This document shows, in pieces, positions 1 through 14,050 of a stretch of 64,000 nucleotides of DNA (its first letter is position 1; the number at the start of each line of letters is the position of its first letter). A model generated the notes under the pieces. That model was given only the letters and a program-made list of their open reading frames with translations. It did no database searches and had not been told where the DNA came from. This DNA comes from Eutreptiella sp. 'Long Island Sound 2002' (Eukaryota > Protista > Euglenida), in contig OZ038378.1 in the NCBI GenBank assembly GCA_964036045.1, positions 18,290,001-18,354,000 of the forward strand. Direction: 5' to 3'. Made by a program: the position numbers and the translations under genes.

Positions 1-2879
1 TGCTACTGATTTGGCTTATTTGATGAGGACACAGTGTGGGCAGTGGAGAAACAATTCGGAAGCATCAAGGAGATGGTTTGTGTGCATCGTCTACTTCGTG
101 GAAAAACAAACGACAATTTTTGGTCAATAATGGGTTACGTCACAAACAATAGCCGGAAATTACTAATTGTTTTGAAGAAGAAAAACAAAATAACATTTCT
201 TTTTATTTGAATAACTAATTTGAATTAACGATTTATTTTACAAAAAGACCTGGGTCGATGCATCTTCATTCACGACAAAGTGTACACAAAGGTTGCATGC
301 ACACAGTGACCAAAGAAACGGGGGGAACACAGCAGCACGCATTGGTCTATAGAGTATACGAGGATACCTTGGGATACAAAGTGTACAGATTTTTGTTTAC
401 AAACACATGTATAGCTACATTGTGTTGTGCATTGATGAATGGATTCATTGTTCAAAGTATTATTTTTTGTTGGCTTATGGTTGCTATAGTCATGCATCGT
501 TTGTTTTTAAATACCCCGTTCGAATGAAAGCAAATATCCGTTCCCAATGGCCTAAAAGTCCATTCAAACTGCTATTGAAATGCCATTTTGGCATCCAAAA
601 GTGAAAGAGAGCTCGTCCCCATAAGCCAAGCCCCTCCGTACCAGCTGATTGAATGCAAAAAATGGCCTATTCTAATTGCAAAAGGGTCCATCAAAATTGA
701 ATACCGCGGGTCTACACGCGCTGCTCGCCTGTTCAACTACCGCTAGGAATGGGTTTCTGTTTAATATCACCAATTATGTATAGTTACTTGTGGCCGAATG
801 ACGAGTTGATCCAATTGTAGTTCATCGCAATAATCAGGGTTTTCAAATCATATTTTCTCGGCTGTCCAATTATTGGTTAGCATTTCTAGTTTTGCATAAA
901 ACGGACAAAGCACGCAAAGTAGAAGGATGATTACCACAAGAGGACCTTGACTTTCAATGTACACAATTGTAACGGCACAAATGCGTGTATTTTAGGCATA
1001 AAACATGACTTGCTATGCAAATGAAATTTGGGGAACCCAATTCTGCGTGGTACCATTTTTCGGTTTGAATTGGTTTTCAAAGTAACCGTTTGTGGCGACT
1101 ATTTTGAAAAACCACCAACGGCAAGAGCAAATAATTGGTTGTTTTGTGTAACATTTTAATAGATTAGTTATTAAGATTAAAAACTCATGTTGAATGCGAA
1201 AACAACATGTCTAGTTTGCAACAATTGAAATTGCCCATTCTCTTAATTCAAAACGGCGTCAAATTTGACCCAAGAACCCCCAAATTGGCCCGTTAATATG
1301 GTTGAATATGCCATTTACGCTGGATATTGACCGAGAAAAATGACAAATCGCCTGTATAGCTACAAATCTAGCCCGCTCAAATCGAAGAGTAATGCAAAGT
1401 CAAAAAAAGCCCGTCAAAAGCTTCATTTGCGCGAAAAATAGTCGAAACGCCCATTTTCCTCGGATGCTGGCCCTTTATCTTTGTGTCATGGAAACGTGCA
1501 AATGCGGAGATGTTCCAGCGTGCATATACCATATACACAAATATACAAATACCTAAGATGCCACAGCATTTAAACTAAAAATTCAACACATACAAAGTGG
1601 TACGGTGGCACTTTATTCGCATTTAAAATACCGTTCAATGAAAAGCTCAACCAAGCTCAAGCGAGCACACTCTGCCCGAAATGCAAGGGCACAAGTTTTG
1701 GTCCTCGAGCATGGGTGGCATGACTCCTGGTCCTCTGTTACACCTCCTGCTTTAACTGAATGCGTGCCGACAAGAGAATAGACGCGATGGGGGGGGCTTG
1801 TGGACCGTGCACCTAGCGGTGGGTCCCAAAGAGACGAGAGGGGGACACCACAAGCACCGTCAAGGAGGAGAGTAAACGAGGTGGGACCGGAATGGGCACA
1901 AAAACTACTTGCTGCTGCTGTGCATACCGTACAGCTCCGAGGGTGTTGATTTCACTACGGCGCCGTGTCTTTCCAATGTGCACACTTGATGGAGGCTGCA
2001 ACTGCCGCTCAAATGATTAGCAAAGCCCCAAATATGCGCCGTTGAACAAACGTAGCGGCAAGGCATGGCATTCTTGGTATGTGGCAGATGCACATGGGCC
2101 TCTCGGGTGCATTGCATGTGCACCCACAAGACTGACATCTAAAGTGTGAGTGGTAGACAAAACACCTCTTCCGGAACAATAGAATGCTTATGATCGGAAC
2201 GGCATATGCTGTTCCAGAAGACTTGGGACTTGTTCCAGAAGACGTGAAACATCTAGTAGAACAAAATGACCAAAAGCTAGACGTAGGATCCAGCTCTACC
2301 AACCCAAGTCCGGCCCAGACCCACCCACTATGTTATGTTATGCTATGTGTAACCATGTGCCAGAGACATGTGTAATGTGTGTTGTTTTGACATACATGTG
2401 TGTCTTCATGTGATAATTCAACAAACCTAGGAGCTTGCAAGAACTATGGCAAAAGATTTTCTCACTACTTCTGTTGATTCTGCAGCCGAAGTGTCGAAGT
2501 GCCGGAAAGCCGACTGTTGCCATTGCTCTCTTGTGGTCCATTATCCGCGACCCATCCCTGAGTGAGGGCATGCATTCCAAACAATTTCGTTTGTTGGTCA
2601 CATCTGTTCACTTTTTTTAACACGAAATATTTTTTGCTTCAAGAAAATTCTTAGAGAACCTTTGCAAGAAAAATTTGATTGCTCACACCTGAAACATAAA
2701 AGTCAAGAACACGTAAATGCAATAACCCCATGTTACCATTGTCTTCTAGGATTTGTGCCGTGGTTGCACAAAGGGGAGGAGGGGGGGAGGGGTTAGGCCT
2801 GTCAAAAGCCTGCGAATCTCCACGCGCTGCGCACGTGCCCCATCAAGTGCTCCCCAAAAAGGGCCCCGAAACAAAAACT

Positions 2880-4100
2880 CTTTCAAAAATGGCTATATGA
2901 CACATGCCATCTAGGGGATCACCAAAGTGGTGCGGAGATCAAAGGTGGCAACCCAACCCTTGGCAGTTCTAGGGACCACATGTTGGCGACATGGCTACAT
3001 AACCTCTGCCATCTCGGGGGTGCCCAAACGGGGGACAGTGTCAAAGAACGTTCAAAACCTGTATCAACTTGGGGGCGCACACATGGGCAGAATGGCTCCA
3101 TAAGTCATGCCATCTTGAGAGTCCCCAAAGCGGGGATGGAATCAAAACGTGGCGACATAACTTGGGCCATCTAAAAGGCCCAAGGGTTGGTAAAATGGCT
3201 ACATAACCCTTGCCGTCTTGGGAGTCCCTGAAGCTGGGACATAACACAAAGTGGCAACACAACTTGTATCGTGTTGAACGCCCATATGTGGGTAGACAAG
3301 TTATGTTGTCCCTATTGTCTTAAAGAGCGTCACACCACGGACGGAAGCAAATATTGCCCACATGAACCCTACCTTTCGGGGGGCCAACATGTGTGCACAC
3401 AGGTACATAACCCATGAAATCTTGGAGATCCCCAAAGCGGACACGGCTACATACCCCTTGCATTCTAAGCGGCCCAAAAACAAGAAAAGCATGAAAAATG
3501 GTTGCACAACCCATGCAGTCTTGGGGTCCTAAGGTCCCCTAAGCAGTGATATATATATATATATATATATAAAAGAGCATCTTCATAACCATTGCCATCC
3601 CTGGTGCCCACGTGTCATTGGTCTATAACCTCTTGCCATCTTGAAGGTCCCCGAAGCGTGGACGGAATCCAAAGTGGCTAAATAACCCGTGCACTCTTGG
3701 AGGCCCATGTTTGGGCAGCTTAATTACGTAACCCCCGCCGTTTGATGCCGCCCAGAAAATGGACGGAATCAAACGTGGCCACACATACCCTACTGTCTTG
3801 GGGCCGACATGTGGGCAAAACCGCTTACATGACCCATGCCATTTTGGGGATCCCCAAAGCGGAAACAACACTAATATTGGCAACATTATCCCCCTTGCTG
3901 GAGGTAGCCAAAGCGGGGACGGAACCAAAAGTGGCTACAAAACCCCTGTTGTCATGGAGACCCAAATGTAGGCAAATGGGCTAAAAACCCTTGTCGTCCT
4001 AGGCAACCCCAAAGCAGGAATGGAAGGCAAGGAGGCAACATAACCAACCCCCATATTGGAGGCCCATGTGAGGGCAAACTGACTACGTAGTCCCTGCCGC
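2880..4100. repeat. Degenerate minisatellite-like array (unit core approx. GGCTACATAACCCTTGCC.TCTTGGG..TCCCCAAAGC)
   Basis: Core recurs with variation at about 2891, 2993, 3099, 3197, 3404, 3446, 3826, 3931 and 3985; ORFs here are short and unrecognisable. Confidence 0.65.
3549..3570. repeat. (AT)11 microsatellite
   Basis: Read directly from the sequence. Confidence 0.95.
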
Positions 4101-6262
4101 TGTAACGGGCATCATAGCCGGGACATAATCAAGTGTTATCTGCATAAGCCCTACCGCTGCGGGCTGACATGCCGGCAAAATGCCTGCATAACTGATGCCT
4201 GGGGGAAAAGCAGCGGTGCCTTCACAGAGCCCAAGCACCATGAAAAGTGCTGTTGTGTACCAGGCTGAATTTGGCGACTGGAAAAAGATGGTGCTGGCTG
4301 GTACAGACCTTATGACTGTCCGATGCCCGGACGAACAGAACTACTCCACATGACACATCAAGGCAATTTAAGTAATTGATTCCCCATCACAAACTGCGTC
4401 CCAACCTGGAACCCTGCCAAAACTCCGTTCCCAACACCAGTACAATTGGGAGCCCCCACCCGGATAGCTGGGAGGCACAGACCAAAAAACACCAGCACAA
4501 CGACACACCACACCCTGTTCCGGATCCGGGTCCAAAACCTGGGCTGACTCCCTATCCCCCATCCCAGCCTGGTCATATGCATAAAACCACCCCCACATGG
4601 GGGATAAAACCACCCTTAAAAGAACCCTGGGTGGTGTTATGCCCCCTTTTTGGGATAAAAACACCGTTTTGTGAGGATAAACCACCCTGGGGTGGTTTTA
4701 TGCCACCAGGACCACAAATGACACAACAAAGCAATCAAAAGCAGTCTGAACAATGGACTCTGTGCAACGTCAAATAAGGAGGGGAGGACCCATGACCCTG
4801 CCTGAGTTCAGAGGTGAAGCCATTGATAAGCCATTGATGAGCACAATGTTCAATTGTTCTGCCCCCGGTGGGTATGGTAAGCACCAGGGCTTTTTTGTGT
4901 AGGAGGGGGGCACAACTGACAGGTTGAAAAACTCACGGATAAAAAGTGGTGCGCACAGACAGACAGCATGCAGACACTGGTGTGTACTTCAGCTTTTACT
5001 AACTTCTATTCCTTTGAAATTTTTCCCAGGTTGTTAAACTGGTTGTTTAACGGAGGTTCGGGGAAGGGGTCGAGACCAGGGGGGTGTTAAGGGGTATGTT
5101 GGCCTGTGGCTGACTGATGAAACACACAAATTGGGTTCCCCCAATAAAGGGGGGACCCCAAGTGCATGACACCCACCACCCGTGGCAAACCACATCCCAC
5201 ATCACGTTGCCAAAGCAGGTCTTATTCCAAACCATGTCCCAATCCTCTGTCCATGTGGACCCCAAACCATGTCTGAAACCCCATCCTGGACCCCATCTGT
5301 CAACTTGTCCCCAGCCAGGTCAGACATCCTGCAACACGGATTCAAAGAGCAATGTGAAACAAAACACTGAGTGCAGAATCACATGTGGTTCCGTGACCTT
5401 CCATCACCTCTCCTACCTTCATAAATGAAATGGAAATGGGGCAAGCCCCCCCCCCCCCCGCTCCCCAAGGGTGTTCTGCATACAGCACAACATATCTCAT
5501 ACCAGATCTGAGTCTTCGACTTTGGCACGAGGCAGTCAAGTGCTGGTCTGGGTAACATTCTGTTCCAGCCACTTACAACCGATGCACCGGCAGCGGTGTT
5601 CAAAGTACTGCACCCAGGCACCCGATGTTGATGATGCATTGCTCAAGCAAAACCCCCATCCCACCTTCTTGTCCGCACACCAATACCATGCCATGCTAGA
5701 GATGCGGTCGCAAGGCGTCACAGGGTAGCCTCGTCATGCAACTCTGTCACCAGCAGACCCGGGTGTCGGCGTCTTGATCCACTGCTGGAAAATACGGATG
5801 GCGCCACACGAGAGCACGCAACGAGGACCGCAACTGGTGGAGGGTGAAATTCTCGTCAGGACACTGCCACATATACCACTCAGGACGATACCACTCAGGA
5901 CAGGCAGCGGAAGGGCAGGGGACTGCGTCCTTCCGGCCACACAACACCCACGAGCCCTGTTTGGCTGCGACGAAATTGGTGCCTGGCCCTCGTAGAAACC
6001 CGGGCGAGCCCCCCCCCCCCCCCCGGCGCCACTCACCGGGCAACGACACATGCGGGGGCTGCCTCGTGGCTCGGGCCAACGGAGTCCCCCAGGTCAGACC
6101 TAAACCTGAAGTCGCAACAAGAAATGTTCCCAGAAATCCGCAGATTCCGGAGATCTTGTGTGGGTCCGTGCGCGACGTCCGTCCCATACCGGTGCTTGAG
6201 ATCGCTTGTCCCGTGCAGTTGGCACATGTCAATCTGCCCTTCGGAGCTATGATCGCCCAGTG

Positions 6263-6713
6263 CTACACTGTCTCCTCCATTTCAGGGGCCTGTTCGTGGA
6301 GCCCAATCCGCCTCGCAAGGTAGTGGTCCAGTGGGGGACAGGCAGGCAACCCAAGGCACAGGGCGTAGCTCGTGGCACACTGCAACAGATCGTGCGTGGT
6401 CAAACACAAGAGCGGGCGCATGCCCTGAAAAATGACCCATTCTTCCCATGCCTTCGTGGCTTGTTCAACTTGTGCGGGGTCCGAGGCACGAGGACGCGGC
6501 AGTGCTTGGGGAGGCGGCGTGTCTTGCGCGGGGAATTGAAGCGGCAAGTCTGCGATGCACTGCAGGAAGGGCTTCTCAAAGGGGGCCAGAAGCAGGTGCC
6601 CCGACCCGTACTCGTTGCCTCCACGCGCAGTGCGTCCCAAGCGGTGGATGTACGTGTACCGTGTGGCTGGGCTGCCGAACTGGATCACTGCGGTCACGTT
6701 CGGATAATCCAAT
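6263..6713 (-). CDS. DEAD-box RNA helicase, exon 7 (last): LDYPNV (motif Va), YIHRLGRTARGG (motif VI), stop TAG
   Basis: Acceptor ttcgaatcAG at 6715-6714; GG from exon 6 + A gives Gly, restoring DIAALG-LDYP; stop at 6265-6263. Confidence 0.92.
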
Positions 6714-8369
6714 CTGATTCGAAAACATGGGGGCGAAGTTACAATGAGAAGGAGCTGGGGGACCGCGCAACGGAGAGGGGTCGGCGCAGCGCGGGAGTGC
6801 AGCATGGAATGAAGTGGGGAGGGACCAAGCCAACGGGCGAGGGAGAGAGACACACAGGGAAGGGGGAGGGCTAGTGTACGAGCCTTGATGAGAGTGTGGC
6901 CCGGGTTTGGGGGGTGGGGATGGGGGGGAAATCCCGGCGCTCCCACAAAAAAAAAAGGCAGAATTGCAGTCCCTACACAGTTCCGGATTGTAGTCCGTCT
7001 TCGCACTGTGACACGCACGCGTCCTCATCTGCCGTTGTGGAGAGGCAGAAGCAGCAGCAGAAGGCCCCGGGTGGGGAGGGCTACGTACGACGTTCCATTT
7101 GACCGGAGCGGGGCAAGGACAAGGAAGCGGGGCTCGATTTCGTGGAGGCAGAAGAGGAAGCCGGCGGATGTGGAAAATGCAGCGGGTGGAGGTCGACGCA
7201 GAGGTCATGGCCAGACACATGGATCAGCCGGAGAGGGACTGGGGGATGCAGGGGACGAGGTGGAGGCAAGAGACCTGGGCGACCTCCGAGGACCAACGAC
7301 CCTTCGTCATGAGCCCCTTCCGGCCTGACGCCCTGGCGCTCAATCCGGTTCAGCGCCGGTATTCGTGCCTCCCCCCCCCCCCCTGGGGGATCGATGAAAG
7401 GGCCTCTGGGGCACGCGGCATGCGCTGACACAGCGGAGCCACGTGGCCGCGCTCCATTCTGCCCTTGGGGCAGCCCGGAATGGCGGCCCTCATTTACGTC
7501 GGCTGGTCGACGTTTTGGTTTTCCCGGCGTCACCGTCCCGCACCAAAGCACTGAGCGCTCGGGGCATTCCTGCCGGGCCCCTTGGGAACGCCATCCAGGG
7601 CCCCCCGACAATCGCTGTACACGGCGGTGCGGAATGACGAATGCTCTGCCTCTTCCCGTGCGCATGTACACCCGCGTGCGCTCTCCCGCGAGGCATTACA
7701 TGACGCGGTCGACAAACTGTTTTGGCGGGTGGTAGCCAGTCATGTCAGGCCGGTGCTCGTACCGCCGGAAGAAGGAGTCACCCCAGCCCTCGCGGCGGCG
7801 GAAGGGAGAGGGGGGGCTGCGGCACCGTTGAGCTGCTGAAGCCAGATGGTCCCCCGGCCATGAACCTGGCGCCAACAATGGCATGCGTCATACTTCGGGG
7901 GCCCAACGTTTTTGACCGCTTGGACCGCCGCGCATCACCCGCGGCATCTGTTTCGGCCTTTTCAGCGATGAGACGCAGCCACCATTGCGTTGGAGGAGGG
8001 GGGGGGGGGTCGTGTATGCACACATGAGCACATCTGCATCACGTGGCGCGCAGCTACATCGCGAAGAAAGGCATGGGCGTGTGTCCAGTGGCAGGGCCGG
8101 GGAGGGGGAGGATGCGGAGAGGGTACTGTCCCCCGTGGACAATCCCACGGAGTGCCCACCAGGACCGGAGAGCGCGTACAAAGTGGTGCCGGGGCAGAAG
8201 ACGAGGAGGTTGGAGGCCCAAGTCCCCGGCAAAGGAAGGGGAAGGCGCACCGGATAACGACCGAGCACGGGGGTGCGGAGGGCAATGGGGGGGGGGGGGG
8301 CACGGGTGGCAGTAACTCCGGCTCTACACCCACAATGCGGGGCGGCACGGCGCGGGGCAGGGGTACGAC

Positions 8370-8536
8370 CCGAGGGCTGCGATGTCCGAACAGCAGAAGA
8401 CCATCCCACTTCCGTCGCGGAACTGCGCACACGCCTCCTCCCGCGCCCAGTGTTTGAGGCGGGAGCTGGTGGCCAGAACGGTCGTGCGAGACCCCAATCC
8501 CGTCTGCAGCAGAAGGACCTTCAGGTACTCCGAAAC
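8370..8536 (-). CDS. DEAD-box RNA helicase, exon 6 (VSEYLK...CSDIAALG, motif V)
   Basis: AG at 8538-8537, GT at 8369-8368; phases 0/2 match neighbouring exons. Confidence 0.9.
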
Positions 8537-9416
8537 CTGATCACACATGCGGCGCATTCCATAGATGATCAAGGGGTGAACACCGTCGGGGACGGTAGTG
8601 GGGGTTGTGCGATGAATTGACGGTGAAAAACATGGGGCACGTGCCTGACGCCCATGCCCCTGCGGGAGGGGCACTCACCCACACACACCCACACGGCTGG
8701 GGGAGTACCCACACACGTACATACACCTCTGTTGGGGCTTTGCCCCTCTCCCGTGGCTGGCGGTTGTCCCAAGGTTTCTCAATACCCACTTGTATTGCTG
8801 TCTCCCTGATATAAAGCACCTCAAGGGGCGCGCCTTTCTGGCCCCAGTAAATGCCCAGCAAGGCATGTATGTGCCGCCTGTGCAGCTGTGCCATCAGACT
8901 GCACCAGGGCTGAAGGTTTCATTCTTCTTTTCCCACCCCCCCTCCATGCACGCAGGTGTGTTGCAGTTTGTCTGACCCCCACAACGTGCGGTTTCCGTAA
9001 GCTTCAGTCCATTTCCCGCGACCCGGTGACGCTCTTGAACGCCTCCCGATGAATACACACACCCGGAAGGCGACTGTTGGCACAAGTCCAGTGCGGAGGG
9101 CCGCCTCAGGTGCACGACCTAGGCAGCCCCGAAAGATTCTTGAATCGCGACGCGAAGCGCCGCCCAGACGGTCAGCCGTGTGCTGGACCTGGTACACTGT
9201 CCCCTCTCAATTGCTGTGAGGGGGGGATGGGATGGGATGGGATGGGGTAGTGTCCACAGCCAGTATTGGCGCTTTCCTGAAGCGCTGGGCCCCTCTACCA
9301 CCGCAGCTGACCTTGCAGGGCGTCGCAGGCTCCCCCACGTTGGACTCGGGGCTGCAGGACACCACTGACCCTGGGCGACCCAGACACGGTGAATCCTGAC
9401 ACACTCCTGTACTTTC

Positions 9417-9418
<2 letters not shown>

Positions 9419-9508
<90 letters not shown>
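9419..9508. repeat. (CA)45 microsatellite
   Basis: Read directly from the sequence. Confidence 0.95.
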
Positions 9509-9510
<2 letters not shown>

Positions 9511-11490
9511 ATGTTATTTCATGGTACTGACCGGGGGCACTTTGTGCCCTACGCTTAGCAGTCAGTGGAGTATCTGCGCTCACCCGCAAGCAGTACTGCA
9601 GGTCCCACACTGTGCCACAGCGTCAGACCCACACAGGCAGTGGTGCACGGTCCAAGACATGATGCACGCGGTCAGGGCTGAGCCACTAGACCACAGGACC
9701 AGGTCGGCAGGTCTTGAGACTGGTGAGGCTTGCCAGAGGACATCACACCCACCGCAGCTCCAAGTGTGTAGCACTTGTTATGGCAGTGGTACCGGTGCCC
9801 CATCCGGATCGCACCTTCCCCGGAAGGGGTATCCACTGAAGCGGAACCCCCTGGTGGAGGCCCCCTGTCCAGGCCCATCCGACGCGGGTGTTGAGGGGGG
9901 GGGGCGGACTTATACGGTCCACATACTGTCACACACTCTTGCGCGTACATTGTTTCATGGCCTATGGTAATGATAATGATAATGAATGAGGTAACGGGCT
10001 CACTGTTATCAAATCCAATCAGGGCAGAGTCAAGGCAAAGAAAGCCATGGGCCACAAGAACATTCGGGTGCCGAAGGCACAGGAGGGGGGGTATGGAGGA
10101 TGTGTGCAAGAACCTGCAAAAGCAGGTCGAAGTATGTGGTTATGGATTTTTGTCACCCAAAGCCCCACCCATTTACACCCACCCACACCCGCGCACTCCC
10201 CAAGCCCAAAGGCCCCGTGCAGCAGGTATCTGGTCTCTACTGTTCCTCGTGTCCCTTGGTTCGCTGCAGTTTAAGCCAGAGCGTGGGGGTGGGAAGAGCA
10301 GGTGGTGACCCGGAGTTGAGATGATCCATTCCCAAGGACGCATTCGGTGTCATGGCTGTGTATAACAGCCAAAAACTCAGAGGAGAACACTTGTGTATCG
10401 CAAATTAAAGATTTGAAAATATGGGGTATGGTATGTGAGCGGGCCAACAAAGGGTGTGTGTGATGTTGTCCAAAAGCGCAACCATGCCTGGTTTTGATGC
10501 AACCCTCTACAAGGTGAAAGGATGGATCGGGTGAAATGGTGATAGGGAGAGGATGGGCGATGGCAAGGTTGAGCCCCTCAGCACCGTATTGTGCATAAGT
10601 CCGTTCCAGAGTACCCATGGGACCACTGTTCACATGAGACAAATCCGCTATTGCTTTGATGAGGCCTCATTTGTTGTGGATCGTTCTGGAGGGTTCTGGC
10701 AGCCTTTCACGATTTTCAGGATTTTTGCCTTGTTTTGACCACTTTTGGTGCTTTTGGCCAACCTGAAACTTTAAGTTACGTTGACTTAGCGTGTGTTCCT
10801 GTGACTTAGCGTGCGGTAGCACCAAAAACATGGGCGCGTTGAACACGTCTGCATGTCAACGCGCGTCTGCGCGCAGCACAGCGACCAAATGACAGTTCTC
10901 GCTCGTGACGATCCACCGCACCCCATGGCACACTGCTGTGGATGAGCTGGTCCCTGAGCGTTACGGTGACTCGGCGGGCGTTAGCGCAAAAGAGGCGCGC
11001 GTTAATAAGACACGCGTTCTTTTTGTTACCACGCGGGTTTACGTGGACATTCTTCACCGTGCGAGGTACGGTGACTGATGTCGAGACTACGACCAGCTTC
11101 CAGTGCACGTGGACAGGCAACAAGGGGCAAGCAGGAGGGCAGCGATTCAGGCAGCGGCGGCAAGGACCGCACAACAAATGAATCCGACATCACGAGAATG
11201 AGGAAGGGGTACTTCCTGCTTCCCTCGTGCCGATGTTGGCCACCGTTGGCCCGTCCCCATGTCTCCACTTCTGCTTCGCAGGCCCACCTCCCATACAAAT
11301 CTGAGTGCAGGATGGGAAAACCCGTGCAAAGCCGCGTCAATTACAAAGTGGAACCGCCAATTTCAAAGCTTGCGGACCCCGGACCTGATGCGCTGTGGAC
11401 AGGCCGCAGTTTGCGCACGGGGGAGAGGGGGCGATGGCGGGGTGGGTGGGCTCGACTCGCAATACAATCTGTGTGGGGTACAAATAGGGT

Positions 11491-11728
11491 ATGACATCAC
11501 TGCTCGCAGGATCCTAACCACAGCACCAAAATAGGTAAAGTCGGATGAACAACACCCAAAACAGTGTTCCCCACACCTGATATGGCTTGGTACGCTATAA
11601 GACTGATGCAGGGTAAAAATACTTCCCGCCGCTGTCTTATGGGGGTACAGAGGGGTAGTGTGCACTATTTTCAGGACAAAAATGGCCATTTCTAGTACTC
11701 TAGTTAGGATCCTACCCAGTGATGTCAT
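11491..11728. mobile_element. Small inverted-repeat (MITE-like) element, about 240 bp
   Basis: ATGACATCACTGctcgcAGGATCCTAAC (11491-11518) is the near reverse complement of GTTAGGATCCTacccAGTGATGTCAT (11703-11728); no clear TSD. Confidence 0.55.
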
Positions 11729-11964
11729 GCATATTTTTAGCGTTTCCTAAGCCTTTGTGGGGCCCGATACTCATCCACCACACTCCAAAATCGTCCCAGA
11801 ACATGTTTTCTTGAACTCCCCACCCTCAAAGTGGGGGGGGGGTGTCAAACTCGTCCTAAAGCCCACCGGGTGGTGGGGTGGGGGGGGGGGGGGGCAGAAC
11901 GTTGTGTTGCCGACATTCCAAGCAGTCGTCACAGCAGAGCATGTGGGCATTGGAGGCATTGCAC

Positions 11965-12144
11965 CTGCGGTGTGGCCCCAAACACCATGACTTTGTGACA
12001 CGGATCCTGCACTTCCTGCTCCAATATATCACACAAGACCGCCAGCTGCCGGGACAGAGGGACCACGTGCACGTGCTGCGGAACGTGCAGATGCGTTTGA
12101 TATTCTCCCACGGTACTGATGATCTGGTGGTCTGGGTGCAGGAC
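11965..12144 (-). CDS. DEAD-box RNA helicase, exon 5 (VLHPDHQ...HKVMVFGATPQ, motif IV)
   Basis: AG at 12146-12145, GT at 11964-11963; phase 0 at both ends. Confidence 0.9.
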
Positions 12145-13900
12145 CTGCACGCAGATGGACAAGATCGGCGGGAGGGGCGGGGATGGGGGTGAAGGCCGGA
12201 GGGCCAAGAGCAACCTGGGCATCAGAAGCAAAGTGCTCAACCGCTTGCGAAATGCTTTTGGGACACCGGCAGAAACGGGCTTGAGGGGGCTCGAGTGTGT
12301 CTGGCACAGGGCGGAAGTGTAAGATGGCTACGCCACAAAGGCTCCGCCACAAAGCCAGAGCCTCCAGAAATGCAGGTGCCGAAGGGCTCTGTTGCTCAGC
12401 TTCGGGGCAAAACCTACACTGCGCACAGAAGCACCCGTTCAAACACGTCCCACGGTTCCGTTCCGAGCTGGGGATCTGCAGGAATACCCACAGGCTGCTC
12501 GTGTCTCCTCCACACTCCCCTTCTTTACAGCCTCTCATCTCGACCAGGCTGCAGCAGTATGTGCCGGCAGCCGAGAATGGCAAACAAAGGTTGACAACCC
12601 GTTGCACAAGACTGTTCCAGGTGCTGAATCCCTGTCAATGGTACCTCTGGTCCCCCTCTGGTGTCACTTTGGTGTCACTTGAGGAAATACACATCCTCCC
12701 CCTGCTGCAAGCCCACCACCTTGTTGGAGAATCCAATTGGTGTGAAACACGCACCATCCGACCTTCCCACCCTACAACCCTACAACCGGCACGCTTCCCG
12801 AGCAGTTCACAGGATTGTTCCCGGCTGTAATGCACTCAGCCCGGCTCCTCTCGTGCAATGCTTTTACTGATACCATTCCTCTCTCTTCCCCCTTCCTTGA
12901 CCCCCGACACTTGGAAATGGTGTCCGCCATAAACCCAAACAAAGGTCTCCTGGAAATAGCATATGGCACAGTGCGTACCCCATGCAGCACCCCTGGAGGT
13001 AAGACGAGGACGAGAGCCTCCCCGCACGAGGATCCCATTGGCAGTGAATGCTCCTCGTCGAACTGGTATGACATGATGTCGTGTGTGTTTTTTGTGCGCC
13101 TCACCGCGTCACATCGCCGTGAAGGCATCTACTCTGGTTCGGTACGGCTCCATCCAGACACACACGTGCATGAACACACACGTGATCGGTAGGGCCATGA
13201 GGGCCGAAACCTACATGACACGGGTAACCTCAAGTAATCGCAACGGAGCCAGGCCGGGAGGCGGGCATATATGGCACTTCAGTACGAATCATTCCTCCTT
13301 GGGAATGCACAAGAATTCCGGACCCCACACATGCTCTCACGTCTGTTGCCATCCACTGTCCGCACCCCATCACAGAGCTACAGGTTCAATGCGTAGACAC
13401 GCATACACAGGAGCACAGTAGCAAGGGCTATTACCCAAGAGGGTACCACCTGGAAAGTGGGTTGTGTGTCTCCCCTGTCTTGGGATGTTGTGCAGTGCTC
13501 ATAGCTGCGGTGGGGGGCAGTGGGTGTATCTGTGGAGGCAAATCTTGATTTAGAGGGTGTTGGCACGTGGCCCTTTGGCCACTGAGCTGTGCATTGGGCA
13601 GCAACCGCCCAAGGCGAAGGCAAAATTTCTACCGCGGACATCAGCACAGAGCCTGGTGCGACAGGAATGCGGTGTAGAGTCCACACTCTCCCCCGACCCC
13701 CCCCCAAGACCTCAAGCTTCAAGGGGGGTGTTTGCCCGGCGCGCGCCCAGCGCGCTACTTTTGTATTAACTATCCCAGCTTTAAACCCAGACTTACCCTC
13801 CCCCAGAGGAGCCCCCAAGTCGACCAGAGTGGACCGCAAAGCACGTTGCATAAGTCCAAATAGTTGAATTCAACATCAATGTGTGTCCATCATGTATTGC

Positions 13901-14050
13901 CTAATAAACAACTTGTTCCCCACAAGTGTGGGCATCAATACATTCTTCACAGTAATGCTCCTGGCACTCACCACAAACTGTGATGGTGGAGCGCTTCTGA
14001 CAGCATAACACACACACATCTGCCTCATCCTCTCCCTCATCTTGCATGGC
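13901..14050 (-). pseudogene. Isolated Cys-rich zinc-finger fragment (CVLC-x8-CGEC-x4-CEEC-x3-HTC), probably a transposase C-terminal remnant
   Basis: Ends the 13901-14155 ORF; Cys spacing resembles C-terminal Cys-rich domains of DDE transposases; no catalytic core nearby. Confidence 0.4.

Noticed and set aside
1-2700. Genes in the AT-rich first 2.7 kb
   Set aside because: Only short, stop-interrupted fragments without recognisable motifs or consistent splice structure.
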